64,000 nucleotides of DNA from the human T2T-CHM13v2.0 reference genome, Homo sapiens: NCBI RefSeq assembly GCF_009914755.1, contig NC_060948.1. One strand, 5' to 3'. A model generated the notes under the pieces. It was not told the origin of the DNA and ran no database searches. It saw nothing but the letters and a program-made list of their open reading frames with translations. Position numbers and translations under genes: made by a program. This document shows, one piece after another, positions 46,940 through 60,915 of the stretch. Positions within the stretch are counted from its first letter, which is position 1; each line of letters opens with the position of its first letter.

Positions 46940-49666
46940 GCAGCTGAAACTAGGAATGTGTCTATCGTATACAGAGATGATATATAGAACCTCTGACAAT
47001 ATTATATAAGAAAAATAATAAGCTTAGATCCCTAGGGCTTGAGAAAAAATATGTCCCCCACTTTTTTTTTTTTTTTTTTTTTTGCTTAGAGAAATGTTTT
47101 ATTTTGGTTGGTTGACAACTAATTGTTCAGTTGAATGGTAACTCTCACACTGCATCCTAAAATAAGATACTCTGTTGGCAAGTAGAAAATAGAATAATTT
47201 CATTTTTTATCTGTTAAGCTCTCTTGAAAAATGTTTCTGTTTCTTAAATTTAAAATTGGCCTGGTTTGCCTTTTCTTTTCAAGGTTAAAAGGTTTGTATC
47301 CTCCAGCAATGCCAGACTGTGTCAGACATCTCTGCAATTCATCAGCATCTATTTGCCCATCATGTCCAGCTACAGCAGCAAAGTAATCATATAGTGGATC
47401 CTGAGTTTTTCTGGGAAATGCAGGCCCTCCAGGAGTCCCTCCATACCCGCCTGGGTGGTACCCGCTGCCAGCGCCAGGATGCCCCAGGTACTACATGGTG
47501 CAGTCTGCGCCACTGCTGCCATTGCCCTGAGTGCCTGGCCCAAAAATGTGCCTTTTTATTAGTAGCTATTTCCATTTGAAAATCAGCTCCTGACTTAATA
47601 TTTTCCAAAGGAACTTGAACACCTGTGAGATTTCCAAGTAACTATGCAATCCCAAACTACTATTAATGAACTAAGTGATATCTGATCCATAAAACTGGAT
47701 GTGTACAGCAGCTTTTCACCTTTAATTGAACTTGTATATACCAGACAAAGCCTCAGCAGGCCTGGAAGTCACAAGTAAATTGCTAAGCCATCAGTTCAGA
47801 CTTGCTTGATAATCTATTTCTATTTATTTCTTCCCTTTGCTTTAACCTACATGCTATGGCCAGTTATTGCAGAGAAAAAAAAAGGTAAGCCTGGTTTATA
47901 TTAGCGTCTTCAGTGTGTGCTAGTCCCAGCTAAAAATGGATGGCCACTTAGAAGATCAGTCATGGATACCCCAGAAAGCTGAGGTAAAGGGAAATTCCAT
48001 TGGTGGGTAGAATTTCAAGTGCTATACCAAGATGTTCAATATATGCAAAAAGAGAGATAACTTGAGTGTGGATATATGATGATTAAAAAATGGAGACTAA
48101 TGATTAAACTGGCTAAATAGGGACCTAGATAAAATAATGTTGGAAAATTGGTGAAGAGAATTTGGGAAAAGGTATGTGAATGAATCTCTCAAAATGGGCA
48201 CTGAGTATGAGGATGCTCACTTCCCACGTAAATTTGTGCTCCACTAGAAAACAGCCAAAGCTGTTATATTAAACATAATGACACATTATCTGGATATTGT
48301 TTGGCCTCTTTTTACTCTACAGTGATTACTTAATGGACTCATAGACAAAGTGGCCATGATGACAAGTATGAAGACTATGTATATTTTCTTCAGCAAGACT
48401 TTCCCTTCGCTAAGGCTGATCTTGTTTCTGTGGCTGCTAAGTGCTTTACCTTTCATTAATAGAGGCCAAATTTTGAGGTATCATTTTGGTACAGCATGTG
48501 GGGGGAACATGCTAGCTACCTTTTGGTGGATTGATCATATTGGGTTTTTTTTTTCATTATGGAAGTGAAAGCAATTTGTCTTCACAAGAATACACTCATC
48601 ATCTGGATTTGGATTTGTTTTCCCTGGGCATTGCCACCATACTTACATGGAGAGAATGCTTTATATACCCATAAAACATCATCTATAAACAAGGGAATTA
48701 TTTTGCCCGGAAGGAAATAAGATGATGGGCACAGAAACACACAATTTGGTGGCTTTAAGCCCGCACTATTCCACTATCCAGAAACAATTTTTATGATAGG
48801 ATCTTGCAATATTGAGATGCTATCATACAGAATATGTTGTATTCCTCAAATTGTAGCCAAAATATGATGCCCGCTTCCCCATAAACTGAATGCATGGGTC
48901 TGGGATTTAAGGGATGGAAGTAGGTGCACTACTCTCATTTTTACACCTAATAACTCCCTACAAGAATGTTTCTTTCTCATTTTTGATGCTTTTGATCTTA
49001 TGTGTTTAAAGATCTCAGTGCTCAAGGGTAGCACACCCTCACTCAAGGGTAAGAAATAGCCATGGTTCTCATAAGATGGAAGCTGAGACTGCCTCTTGGT
49101 CATATTCATGATGCCAAACCTGCAGCAAGAAAAGAGGGTCATTGAACTGGCCGGAGTAATTAATTCTGGTTACCAAGGGGAAATCAGGTTGCTTCTAAGA
49201 AGTGGAAGCAAGGAAAATTATATCTGGAACCCAGAGACTTCAGGGGCACCTCTTAGTGCAATAGTCTTTGTTAACAGAAAACAGGCAATTAATAAAAGCA
49301 GGACCATCAAGGGTTCAAATATTATGAAAATAAAATTTATTATTACTCTACCAGGTTACAAAAATATATATATATATATCTAGCCAAGATGCTGGGAGAA
49401 GGAAAATGGAAAGTGTAATAGGTCATAGAAAAATAAAACTAGTATTATCAGTTTAGACCTTGTGACCAGCTAAAGAAACGAAATGGTATCAGCTATATAT
49501 TATGTCAATTATCCCTCTCCCTCATCCCGTACAAAGAGCTACAGTGTTTTAGATATCAGATGGGAATGTGACTGAATTGAAATGTTTGCACCTCCTGTGG
49601 TTGGAATACATTTTTTTCATCCAGATAAAGGACAAGAGTAGAAACCAAGGGTCAAAAGGGATAGAC
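46940..49666 (+). mobile_element. Ancient ERVL/ERV3 internal remnant (RNase H, integrase, dUTPase)
   Basis: ccatttgaaaatcagctcctg (PFENQLL). ORF 49096-49383 contains GVINSGYQGEIRLLL, a dUTPase motif-3 relic. Polypurine tract aaaagggatagac precedes the LTR. Confidence 0.8.
47062..47541 (-). pseudogene. SRI: Processed pseudogene of sorcin (SRI): 5'UTR plus first 73 codons joined to a polyadenylated tail (symbol is the parent gene)
   Basis: Minus strand from ATG 47496 reads [72 protein letters not shown], versus sorcin [73 protein letters not shown]. No introns, TAG at codon 2, AATAAA near 47100, A22 tail (47062-47083), degenerate TSD aaaaatatgtc / aaaaatgtgcc. Confidence 0.95.
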
Positions 49667-50174
49667 TGCTAAATGTTTTCAGCTTGCTTCTCCCAGATAT
49701 ACTCTACTCCCCTCTCCTCTCTCTTTCCACCTTGCAATGCTTATCTTTGTAAACTACAGTGACCTGACTACCATTCCCTGTAGTTTTTAGCGGCCAATAG
49801 GAAGCACAGTCAGAAGAATTCAGAAAGATGAAAAGAAGAAATTGGATTATTTATTCCCTTAGCTCACTCCTTGCAAGCCATGGGTTGACAATGACTGCAT
49901 GCTTCTACTCAAGGCCATAGACCCTTTCAGGTAGCCCGCTCTTACAGCTACAGTTTCAGCTGCCCTAAGGTCCCTGTAACCACATCCTCTCTTTGTCTCT
50001 TCAGTCCTAAGTGTGGTAAAAACTTTCTGCTGTGGTCAGCCCTGGGGGATTTTATTATGCCTTACTGCTTCTCCTTAATTCTGCCCATACCTGTAAATAA
50101 ACCTTTTATCAAATTCATTTCAATAATCCCTTTTGAGTATGCCATTTGTCTCCTGACAAGACTGTGATTAACAC
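49667..50174 (+). mobile_element. ERVL 3' LTR (LTR33/LTR41/LTR16-type)
   Basis: Follows the PPT. Ends ctgtaaataaacc...tttgagtatgccatttgtctcctgacaagactgtgattaacac. Confidence 0.78.
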
Positions 50175-50490
50175 GATCTAAGATAACACTTAAAATCACT
50201 GAGTTATTCAAGAAAATATAATTCAGCATTTGTTTGTTCTTAAGTACTTTATTTAGAACAAACATAATAAATTTCTTTGCTTAGGAGAACATCTATTGTT
50301 TCCGATATTCATGCAAATAAGGAACTCATTTTGTAGTTCATATGCAGAAACATATTTTGCACATTTTCTTCATGGAGATGCAGCATTTTGAGGTGCCTGT
50401 CTAATACTCAGTATGTGGCAACTTTCCACACTGAACAGGATGTTTGCCAAGAGGCAGAAAATCTACAAGTTTTGCTTTCAAAAGTGGCTA

Positions 50491-52932
<2,442 letters not shown>

Positions 52933-53829
52933 GTGGCTAGCATCTGATGATACCACAGCTCCTGGTTGAAGTGGACCAGGGTACTCACAAAATACCTCCT
53001 GAATACTTAAACTGTCCACTCTTCCTGTGTCACTGTATGACTAGCAACTTATTTTATTTCCTAATTGGCAGCTCCTCAGCCACAGAAACAAAATGGCAGA
53101 CAGGAGGGGGGTACCTGCCTAAGAGCACAGGAAAGACTATAGTTCCCAACTTTTTGATTCTTGATGCTACAGAGTGTCTGCCCAAATTTTTATGACTACT
53201 TCCCAGATTCCAATGCCTTTTAAGCATTTGTGTTTGGCACTATGATATTAATAACTTCAGAAAATTGGCACAATGATGCCAGTCTAACATTTGAGGCAGA
53301 TTTTAGTTAAGCTTGTTTTGATAATTATAATAATCCTGTCTCTCATTATGGCATTAAAAAGTTGTTTATTTTTTTGTTGTTGTTTTTATTTGTCTCTTGC
53401 ATGTAATTTAGGGACTAGGTCCCAAGGTGCTCTGAGCCTTAATTATTGTCTGAAATGTGGTTTGAAATGGAGACTCCCTAGCAACAGTATGAATCACTTA
53501 TTCCCAAACTACCAGTATGACAGAAGACTCCATATTACTGTTTAAAATAATGTTCCTGGTTTTTGCACAAGATTTATCCATTAAACACTGGGCCCCTAAG
53601 TGTATGCATAATTGAAATTTTATTGAATACTGATGTATATGCCACCATACACATCACTCAGTGGAATGCAGTTTAGGAGGTTAGTTTCTTCCCTTTTTGT
53701 TATAGTTCAAATACTAAGCAAAATATGTCTCTTATCTTACTGACACATCAGATGAGATATTTATAATAAAACAAAGTGCACCAGTGGGCTTGGAAAATTT
53801 TTTGCAACAGTGTGAATTGTATTGAATAA

Positions 53830-53990
53830 ATGCAATCTCAAGTTTATCAACAAGTTGCATTCCCAATGTTCATTGGCTTGTTTGAAATTTAGAAAGCATT
53901 TGGTCACAGAATCAGTGTTGTACATGGTAAGTAAGTCCCCAAGACAACCAAAAACTCATATTTAATACAGAGAAAAGCTGTATTATGATC
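53830..53990. mobile_element. Possible Tigger/MER82-like DNA transposon fragment
   Basis: caagttgcattccc...ttgtttgaaatttagaaagcattt...agaatcagtgttgtacatggt. Confidence 0.4.
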
Positions 53991-55481
53991 AATTTCAGTG
54001 AAAATATAGAAAAAAATAGAGTCAAACAGAGGCATCTGAAGATTTTTTTGTGGTTGACTTAGAGTCGAATAACATAATATAAAGTTTTCTATATAAAATT
54101 CATTTTATACCATACAGAAAGAATGAGCACTCCTGGGGTTATTTGATCTACAGTGTACCACTCATGAGTTACTGCCACTGAGGTAATCAGGAACTCAAGG
54201 CAGTCAAAAGGCAGTGAAAAGACTGAAGAATTAAAAGCTAATAGAAAACAAAGGAGGGATCTGAAGGAGATTGGGATTTAAGATTAAGATACAGAGATCA
54301 AAGATGTGCATATGTGAAGGAAGAAAATTAAGGGTGCTTCTGAACTTAAATATTATTTGTTTTATTTTGTTTTGTTTTGTTAAACACTGTAATGATCATG
54401 CTGGCCTATGGTGATTTGAAAGGAAAAGTTTAGAACAAAGAGAGTTGAACAACACAAGGCAAAAAAAAGTTTCATAAAATACATACAAATAAATGTTCCA
54501 TATCAAATTCATAGAAAACCATAGGAAGGGAAGGCTGTGAAGGTGGAATAAAGGTATGCAAGTGAATGAATGAATAAATAAATCTGTGAAAAAAATAAAA
54601 GGGTCTTGTATAGTTTCTTAACAGTAAGTTGTCATAAACTGAAGCATATGGTTAATTTATTCCGTTACATATTTGGTTTAAAAAAATGTGGCCTCAGAAT
54701 ACCAAATGTCTTGAAGACAATTAACTGGGTTACAAATATTATATTCCAAAAATCAAGCAGAATAATTTTTCAATAAATTTCTCAATACATGATGTTAAAT
54801 GACATTGGCCCCTACTCATGGTTTTGTGATTCCATATTAAATGAATGCATAGTTCATCTCATTGTCACAAAATAATACTCTAGTTTCCTATATCTTTTAT
54901 TTACCTTAAACACTAAAAGTTCATTTATCTGTATATCATAGTTAAAATTTTATCAGTAACAGAAGACCATCTCTACTTTAGCATATTAGTTTCAAAAGTT
55001 ATCTAGGTCATTATGTTCTTTTAATCCTTCACTGATCCAGACTGTTCTACATAAAATGGGAAAATATCACTTGGAAATGTATAGGAAACAGTTTAGTAGT
55101 TTTCATTCAAGTTGATTATTTAAACAATTCTGAATCAAAAAAGTCTACATTATATTTTTGTTTTCATTTTAGCAAGTAATTTTTAAAATTTTGGACTGTT
55201 ATTAAGGGTCTCCTATACCTTCTAAAAGAAACTTGTAAGTCCAGCTTTTAGGAATTGTTTAATATTTCAGTATTCCTGTAGCTGACTAGGTAATCAATAC
55301 AATATGAAAAAAGTGCCATATCCTCAATCTTTTCTGATATATTTCTTTGTTCTATGCTTTAATAGAAGTGAGTTACCATAACTAGTGTCAAAATCTCTTC
55401 AGTGATTTCTCAGATCATTCAGGGTGAAACCAAGGGTTAGTTTCATGAATCGGAGAAAAATACCCAAAGGAAGTATGTGAA

Positions 55482-55487
<6 letters not shown>

Positions 55488-55548
<61 letters not shown>
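55488..55548. repeat. Compound (CT)n(CA)n microsatellite
   Basis: About 16 CT units followed by about 15 CA units. Confidence 0.95.
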
Positions 55549-55551
<3 letters not shown>

Positions 55552-55638
55552 GACACTTGACATTTTTTTTTTCTCGTAAAAGGCACAATTGTCTATTCTT
55601 ATAACCCACTTCAAAGTAAATAGCAATGATTGCCCCCG

Positions 55639-55705
55639 GTGTGTGTGTTTGTGTGTGTGTGTCTGTATGTAGATGTAGGGGAGGAGGAGGAGGAAGAGGA
55701 GGAGC

Positions 55706-55736
<31 letters not shown>

Positions 55737-55754
55737 GGAACGAGAGAGAGAGAG
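55639..55754. repeat. (TG)n, (GAG)n and (GA)n simple repeats
   Basis: Direct reading. Gives the spurious poly-Glu ORF 55630-55869. Confidence 0.93.
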
Positions 55755-55839
55755 GCTCTTCTACACTTCTACAATTTCTATAAAATCATTATATAAAGTA
55801 CAGTGTATGCATTGTAATGATGCACAACAAGGACACACA

Positions 55840-56005
55840 CACACGGTAGGTAATACTATTATCATTTAAACTTTACAGATGAGAATATTGGAGCTTACAC
55901 AAGTTAATTAAATTGTCTCACACCACACATGTTATAAATAAAGGATCTAAGATTCAAACATAGGCTAGCCTAACTTCACAGCCTGCATAGGATTTGTTAT
56001 ACCAT
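55840..56005 (-). mobile_element. MIR
   Basis: ggtaggtaatactattatc...tttacagatgagaatattggagc. Confidence 0.65.
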
Positions 56006-57612
56006 TTCTGGACACATATACATGGGGACTGTGTACAACCCTAGGCATTGTCCCTTTGACAAATGATGTTTCCTAAAAGGAAGAGTTTATCATTTCAGTT
56101 TGAAACCACAAAGGTCTTCACTAAAGTTTCTTTATTTGTCTATAGTATGGATACATATCGTAACAATTATTTGTAAGACTTTATCGTGAATCCTAAAATT
56201 AATTGAAAATATATTCTGTGAAGTGAGATATGAAGAGTTGCAAAACAAGACCTATGTATGTAAGTGCATATTAAGTCAAAGAAAATTTTAAAAATGTCAT
56301 ATTTTACTTACAATCAAATATATATCAGTTCATTGTTGCAAAAAAATCACCAATTTAATATAAATGCATTTGTCTATGTCTTTAAACTTTTTCTAAAATA
56401 TCTATTACATAGGAATGGGCGAGACAAAGAAACTGATGTAGATTATCTTAAAAAACACTTTATGAGAATTACTTATAAAGTGACAGAGTGTAAATTACAC
56501 TGTATACTGTCACAAGTTAAACAATTTATGCATTAATATATTACCAACATAAAAGAAGCTGTCTTAAGACTTAGAGCTAAGTGGTTCATTTATGTTAAAG
56601 GTATCATTATCCTTGAGAAAGTCAAGAAATGATCTTTACATTTTACTCCTTAAGTCAACCTTTCAAGATCTTTTGGTGGTGCTTATTTTTCACACTGGGA
56701 TATCACTTAATAGAAGTATTTCTATTTAACTTTGTAAAATAAAAATCAACTGGAAAATAAGGCTGGTTATTCAAGCTACCCTCACTCTAACATTTAAGTT
56801 TACAATAATATACCTTGGCTGATTCAAAGATCAAATTTATAATTTATAATCATATATTCCAAAGTGTTTTGGTTATAAAACCTTTAAAGGATAACATAGT
56901 GAATTTTTTCCTCTGATCATTATATTAACTCTAGTGTGCTTTCCAAAATACAGATGTGTATGTGTGTGTATATGTGTGTGTGTCTGTGTTTGCTTGTTTG
57001 TTTTATTTTTAAAGAAGCATCACATTGACCGCTTAAACATTTAAATATTTTTGTATACTTTTGGAACATATCTTTATATGTATAAATGTTATAGCTAGAA
57101 ATAATGACACGATGGGTCCACTGGCAATGAGCAGACCTAAAAGAAGCCTCATATATGTTCTGGCTTTGAATACGTCTTGGTCTATTCTGTCCTGGGAAAG
57201 TACTGCTTGTAATATAGCTGGTCATTACTCCTCCTGCCCCCAGTTCAACTATTTTGTATATTATTTTATACATTAGTTCTAGTCTCCATGTATATTTCTA
57301 CCAGAATTGGAAAATTTTAATTTATTAGATACTTTGCCCCAAATGTAACATTTAATTATAGATATTCCTGAAGAATTTGATTCTCAAGTAAAGTCATTTT
57401 AAATTGGTCTGGTACATCATCTAAGCTGTTTGCCTTACTTGCTATACAAATTGGCTTCTTTGCAGCTGTGGTGAAGGATACAAGAAATCTGCTTCTAATC
57501 TGCTTTAAATTTGGCAATAGCATTTTCTAAAAATGTAGTGTGTGTCCAGGATGTTTTAGTTTAGTGACATGGAGCATCCTGTTACCTTCATTTAAGGCTG
57601 AAAGCAAAATTT

Positions 57613-57615
<3 letters not shown>

Positions 57616-57645
<30 letters not shown>
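57616..57645. repeat. A30 homopolymer
   Basis: Direct reading. Confidence 0.95.
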
Positions 57646-57647
<2 letters not shown>

Positions 57648-57669
57648 ATAAAAATGCATGTTTATCCAG

Positions 57670-57757
57670 GTTCATAGATCCAGGTTTTTTAAATGGGACC
57701 CCAGGTTATTTGGCTGCAGCTCTAGTGTTTTGGAATCCACTTTGAGAATGCATTGCT
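57670..57757. mobile_element. MER5A-like fragment
   Basis: ttttttaaatgggaccccaggttatttggctgcagc...cactttgagaatgcattgc. Confidence 0.55.
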
Positions 57758-58545
57758 AATCCACCTTGTTCACAGCCTTTTAGATTTGCTTTGTTTAAAA
57801 AGATTACTGGTATTTTGCAAGTAGTACCGAGATTTCGGAGCACATTAATATTATTTAGTGTTCTTTGGCTCCCTGAAGTATCGCTGACAATCTTTGGAGT
57901 TTAAAGGTTTTTCATAGCTAGAGCACATCCATAGGAAATTAATTCAATATTATTGCATTAGGCTGTCTTTAACTGGTGAAAAATTATCTGGCTGTGACCA
58001 ATGGAAATTTGTTGAGCTGAATGTTGTGACCCATCTTTCAAATCTCACAACTGCAATGATACAGCTTCCTAGAAGTTGAGCTAAACCATAGGTGTCTTTT
58101 CACTTCAGCATTTTATTAAGACAAAAGCCTATGAAATATTTTCAGTTCCTTACTTTTTTTTTTCAAATTCCCTTCAGTTTCCCTTGTTTATCTAGAAAAA
58201 AATATGTACTGTAAATAAATGTTCTTTCCACCATGATCTCTATCTATTGATATGAAATATAAAAGCTGAAATGAAATTTTAATATTTTTAAAATCTAGTG
58301 AAAGTTTAGCATTTGATAAGTAACAATGTAATATGTATTAACATGGGTTCAAATATACAAAACTGTATTATTTCATAATATATCACCTTTATTTTTCATA
58401 AAAAGTAACAAAAGTAAGGCCTAGAGAAATCTCCGAACATCTATCATATTCTTTTCAAATTCCCACTTTTTTTCATACTAATAAAAATTGAATGGAAAAA
58501 AGAATCATAAGAAATGATTAAGAAAAAGAGCTGGAGAAAACTTAC

Positions 58546-58637
58546 CTGTCATGCTTGATGATGAATCTGCACTGGTCCGTCTACTCCTCCGAACATGATT
58601 TGAGTTGGAGCCTCTGGCTCAATATTAAGTCAATTAG
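58546..58637 (-). other. Candidate spliced exon (92 nt) of an unidentified transcript
   Basis: Consensus donor CAG|GTAAGT (cttacctg at 58541-58548). Acceptor ttttgagtttgttgtaccacatag. Unique sequence with retained CpGs. No recognisable protein. Confidence 0.3.
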
Positions 58638-59744
58638 CTATGTGGTACAACAAACTCAAAACTAGAAGTCATGCTTGGTCTCTTTTTCCTTTCCTCTTAT
58701 TTTCCCAGTGATGTCTTCTGAGATATGACAGGCCCAGGAGAAAAGGGAAGTGTGTACTAATTGAACTATATAAGAGACAAATAACTTATTTCAAAATATA
58801 GAGATGTAAATATACACATAAACAAATACACTTTGATTTGAACATTTAATTTAATCAATATGTAGCATCTTTGGCTAACGTTCATTAAAAATGAAGTTAC
58901 AGACTGCCATTCCAGTTGGCATAATTCTAGGAAAGTGTTTCTGAAATGATGTTTAGTCATATTCTCCCACAAAACCAGTCTTTTTCTGTCAGAATTTGTA
59001 TCTTACTAATGTTTATTTGCCCAAGATCAGTGCAAAGTTGGATAAAAATATTTGAAGTGGAGACACCAAAATGCTTTTGCAGACTAGAGGCAGTGTATAA
59101 TGCTACATGATTCACTGTTCTAGAGCTTATCCAGCAGAACAGTGAAAGGATGGTAATGCTAACAGTGACCAATTAAACATATGAAAATATTAAATGTACT
59201 TTTAAATTGCTAATGAAGTCATGAGTACTATTCACTCCCAGTTTTAAAATCTCCAATTTTATAATGTAAACTAGCCAAAAAATTAAGCCAGATATACAAA
59301 ACTTCAGTTGGCATTTCCTTTAGAAGACTATATATATTTCTTCTATCTCATGAAGACTTTTATATTTAGATTGATTGTGACTGAGAATACGAACTACTAA
59401 AAATCTAGGATTCCTATCTCAGAAGCCTGCATTTCCAGGAGGAAAGTCCTCAATATACATGCTGATGCAGTGTCTGCGTAAGAAAAGGATGTGGATAGAC
59501 TAAAGATCTGGACCAATTGGAGCTAGATGAACAATATTACATACATGCAAAAGTTGCATTTATTTAAGGCGAGATACAAGTAAATTTTCGGTGAGATACA
59601 AATACAAACAGAAAAGCTAGCTGTTTCAGTGGTGGAAATTTTTGCTTTGTTATTGAATATTTGCTGATGTATAACTTGTCCTTCAGGTTTTTATGTCACC
59701 TATGAATTATCTACTTAATAGCTCTCTTACCAAATTACTCTGCA

Positions 59745-59885
59745 TTTTTGAAAAAAAAATTACATACATTAAAATTTATTCTTTTTGGTTTACTGGCCTA
59801 TGAGTTTTAATACATGCATGGTTAGGTGTAATCACCATCATGATTGGGATGCAGACTAGTTCTGTCACCCCAAATGACTTTCCTT
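59745..59885 (-). mobile_element. L1MB/ME 3' end fragment
   Basis: ttacatacattaaaatttattc...tatgagttttaatacatgcat...gtaatcaccatca...tgtcaccccaaa. Confidence 0.65.
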
Positions 59886-60029
59886 TCCAAGAAGTAAAAA
59901 CCATCTAAATGTCCTTTAATAGGTGGGTGGATATACTATGCAAGTATAAAATTTACTTTCAATTAAGTCACTTATTATCTCACCAGTACCTTCATATTTC
60001 TTGCTACCTTTTCTTTTCTACTAACCACT

Positions 60030-60915
60030 TTAAACAATTCTAGCCCTAGATCAATCCAGCCATCTGCCTATTCTGCTCCTGTACCTGGAGTGCAGAAGAC
60101 TTCTAAAGGAAAATCCACAGCTGAGTGTACAGGTGATACTACTGCTAAAAGCCTTTAATTTTAGCTCCTAAATAGCTATTACTTTTTTCACTTTTTTCCA
60201 TTTCTGCTGTCCATCTCATATTTGGACTGTGATCACATCTAACCTGGACACTGCACGATACTGCTAACTGATCTTTTTCTCTTCAGCACTGTCCAGGCCA
60301 AACATTCTTCTTCATATCTCCTCACTCTGCAGCACCCCACCTTGTAATAGTCACTGGAGTAATTTTAGAGAATGCAAAACTGACGTTTGCACTCCACTGC
60401 TTCAATGTCTTGCCAGAACCTCTGAAGTCATAATGTTCCAGTCACGTAGCATGTCCCACCAGACTCTTTACAGTCTAATGTCTGCAATCTTTTTTAAGCC
60501 TCCTCTTTGCTGAGCATACAATACTCCAACAATACAATAATAGATTATGTGAAGTTTCTATACAGCACAATGCCACCTTGAAACTCCTAGTCTTTGTCTG
60601 TGTTATTATCTACAAGCAAAATCAGCTCCAGGCTTTCTTCAACAATATCTACCTGTCCTCCAAAATTCAGCTCAATAGTAGCTTTCTGCATATTCCCCAC
60701 ATTCCTCCTGCCTTAATTAAGTGCATCTCTTGTGTGTCCTGCAGCTTTTCTTTTTTTTTGCATTCTCTATTTGTTCTTAGAGCAACAAATAGTTATTTTT
60801 AGCTTGTTCATCTATCTATGCCAATAAATTATAAATTTTTGTTGTTGTAGAGATAATATCTTACATTTCTGTATCCCTTTGTACCTAGTAAGTGTATTAG
60901 ACAAAATAAGTATTT
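60030..60915 (+). mobile_element. L2 fragment(s)
   Basis: ccctagatcaatccagccatctgcc, cctggacactgcacgatactgctaactgatct, aatgcaaaactgac...actccactgctt, ctgtatccctttgtacctag. Confidence 0.7.

Noticed and set aside
47319-47608. ORFs 47319-47579(+) and 47387-47608(-)
   Set aside because: Antisense and off-frame readings of the SRI retrocopy. The true SRI frame is broken by TAG at codon 2.
49096-49383. dUTPase-like ORF as a functional or domesticated gene
   Set aside because: Degenerate motif (GVINSGYQGE) within a heavily mutated ERVL pol, with the other motifs not intact.
55630-55869. Poly-Glu ORF
   Set aside because: Translation of (TG)n/(GAG)n/(GA)n simple repeats.
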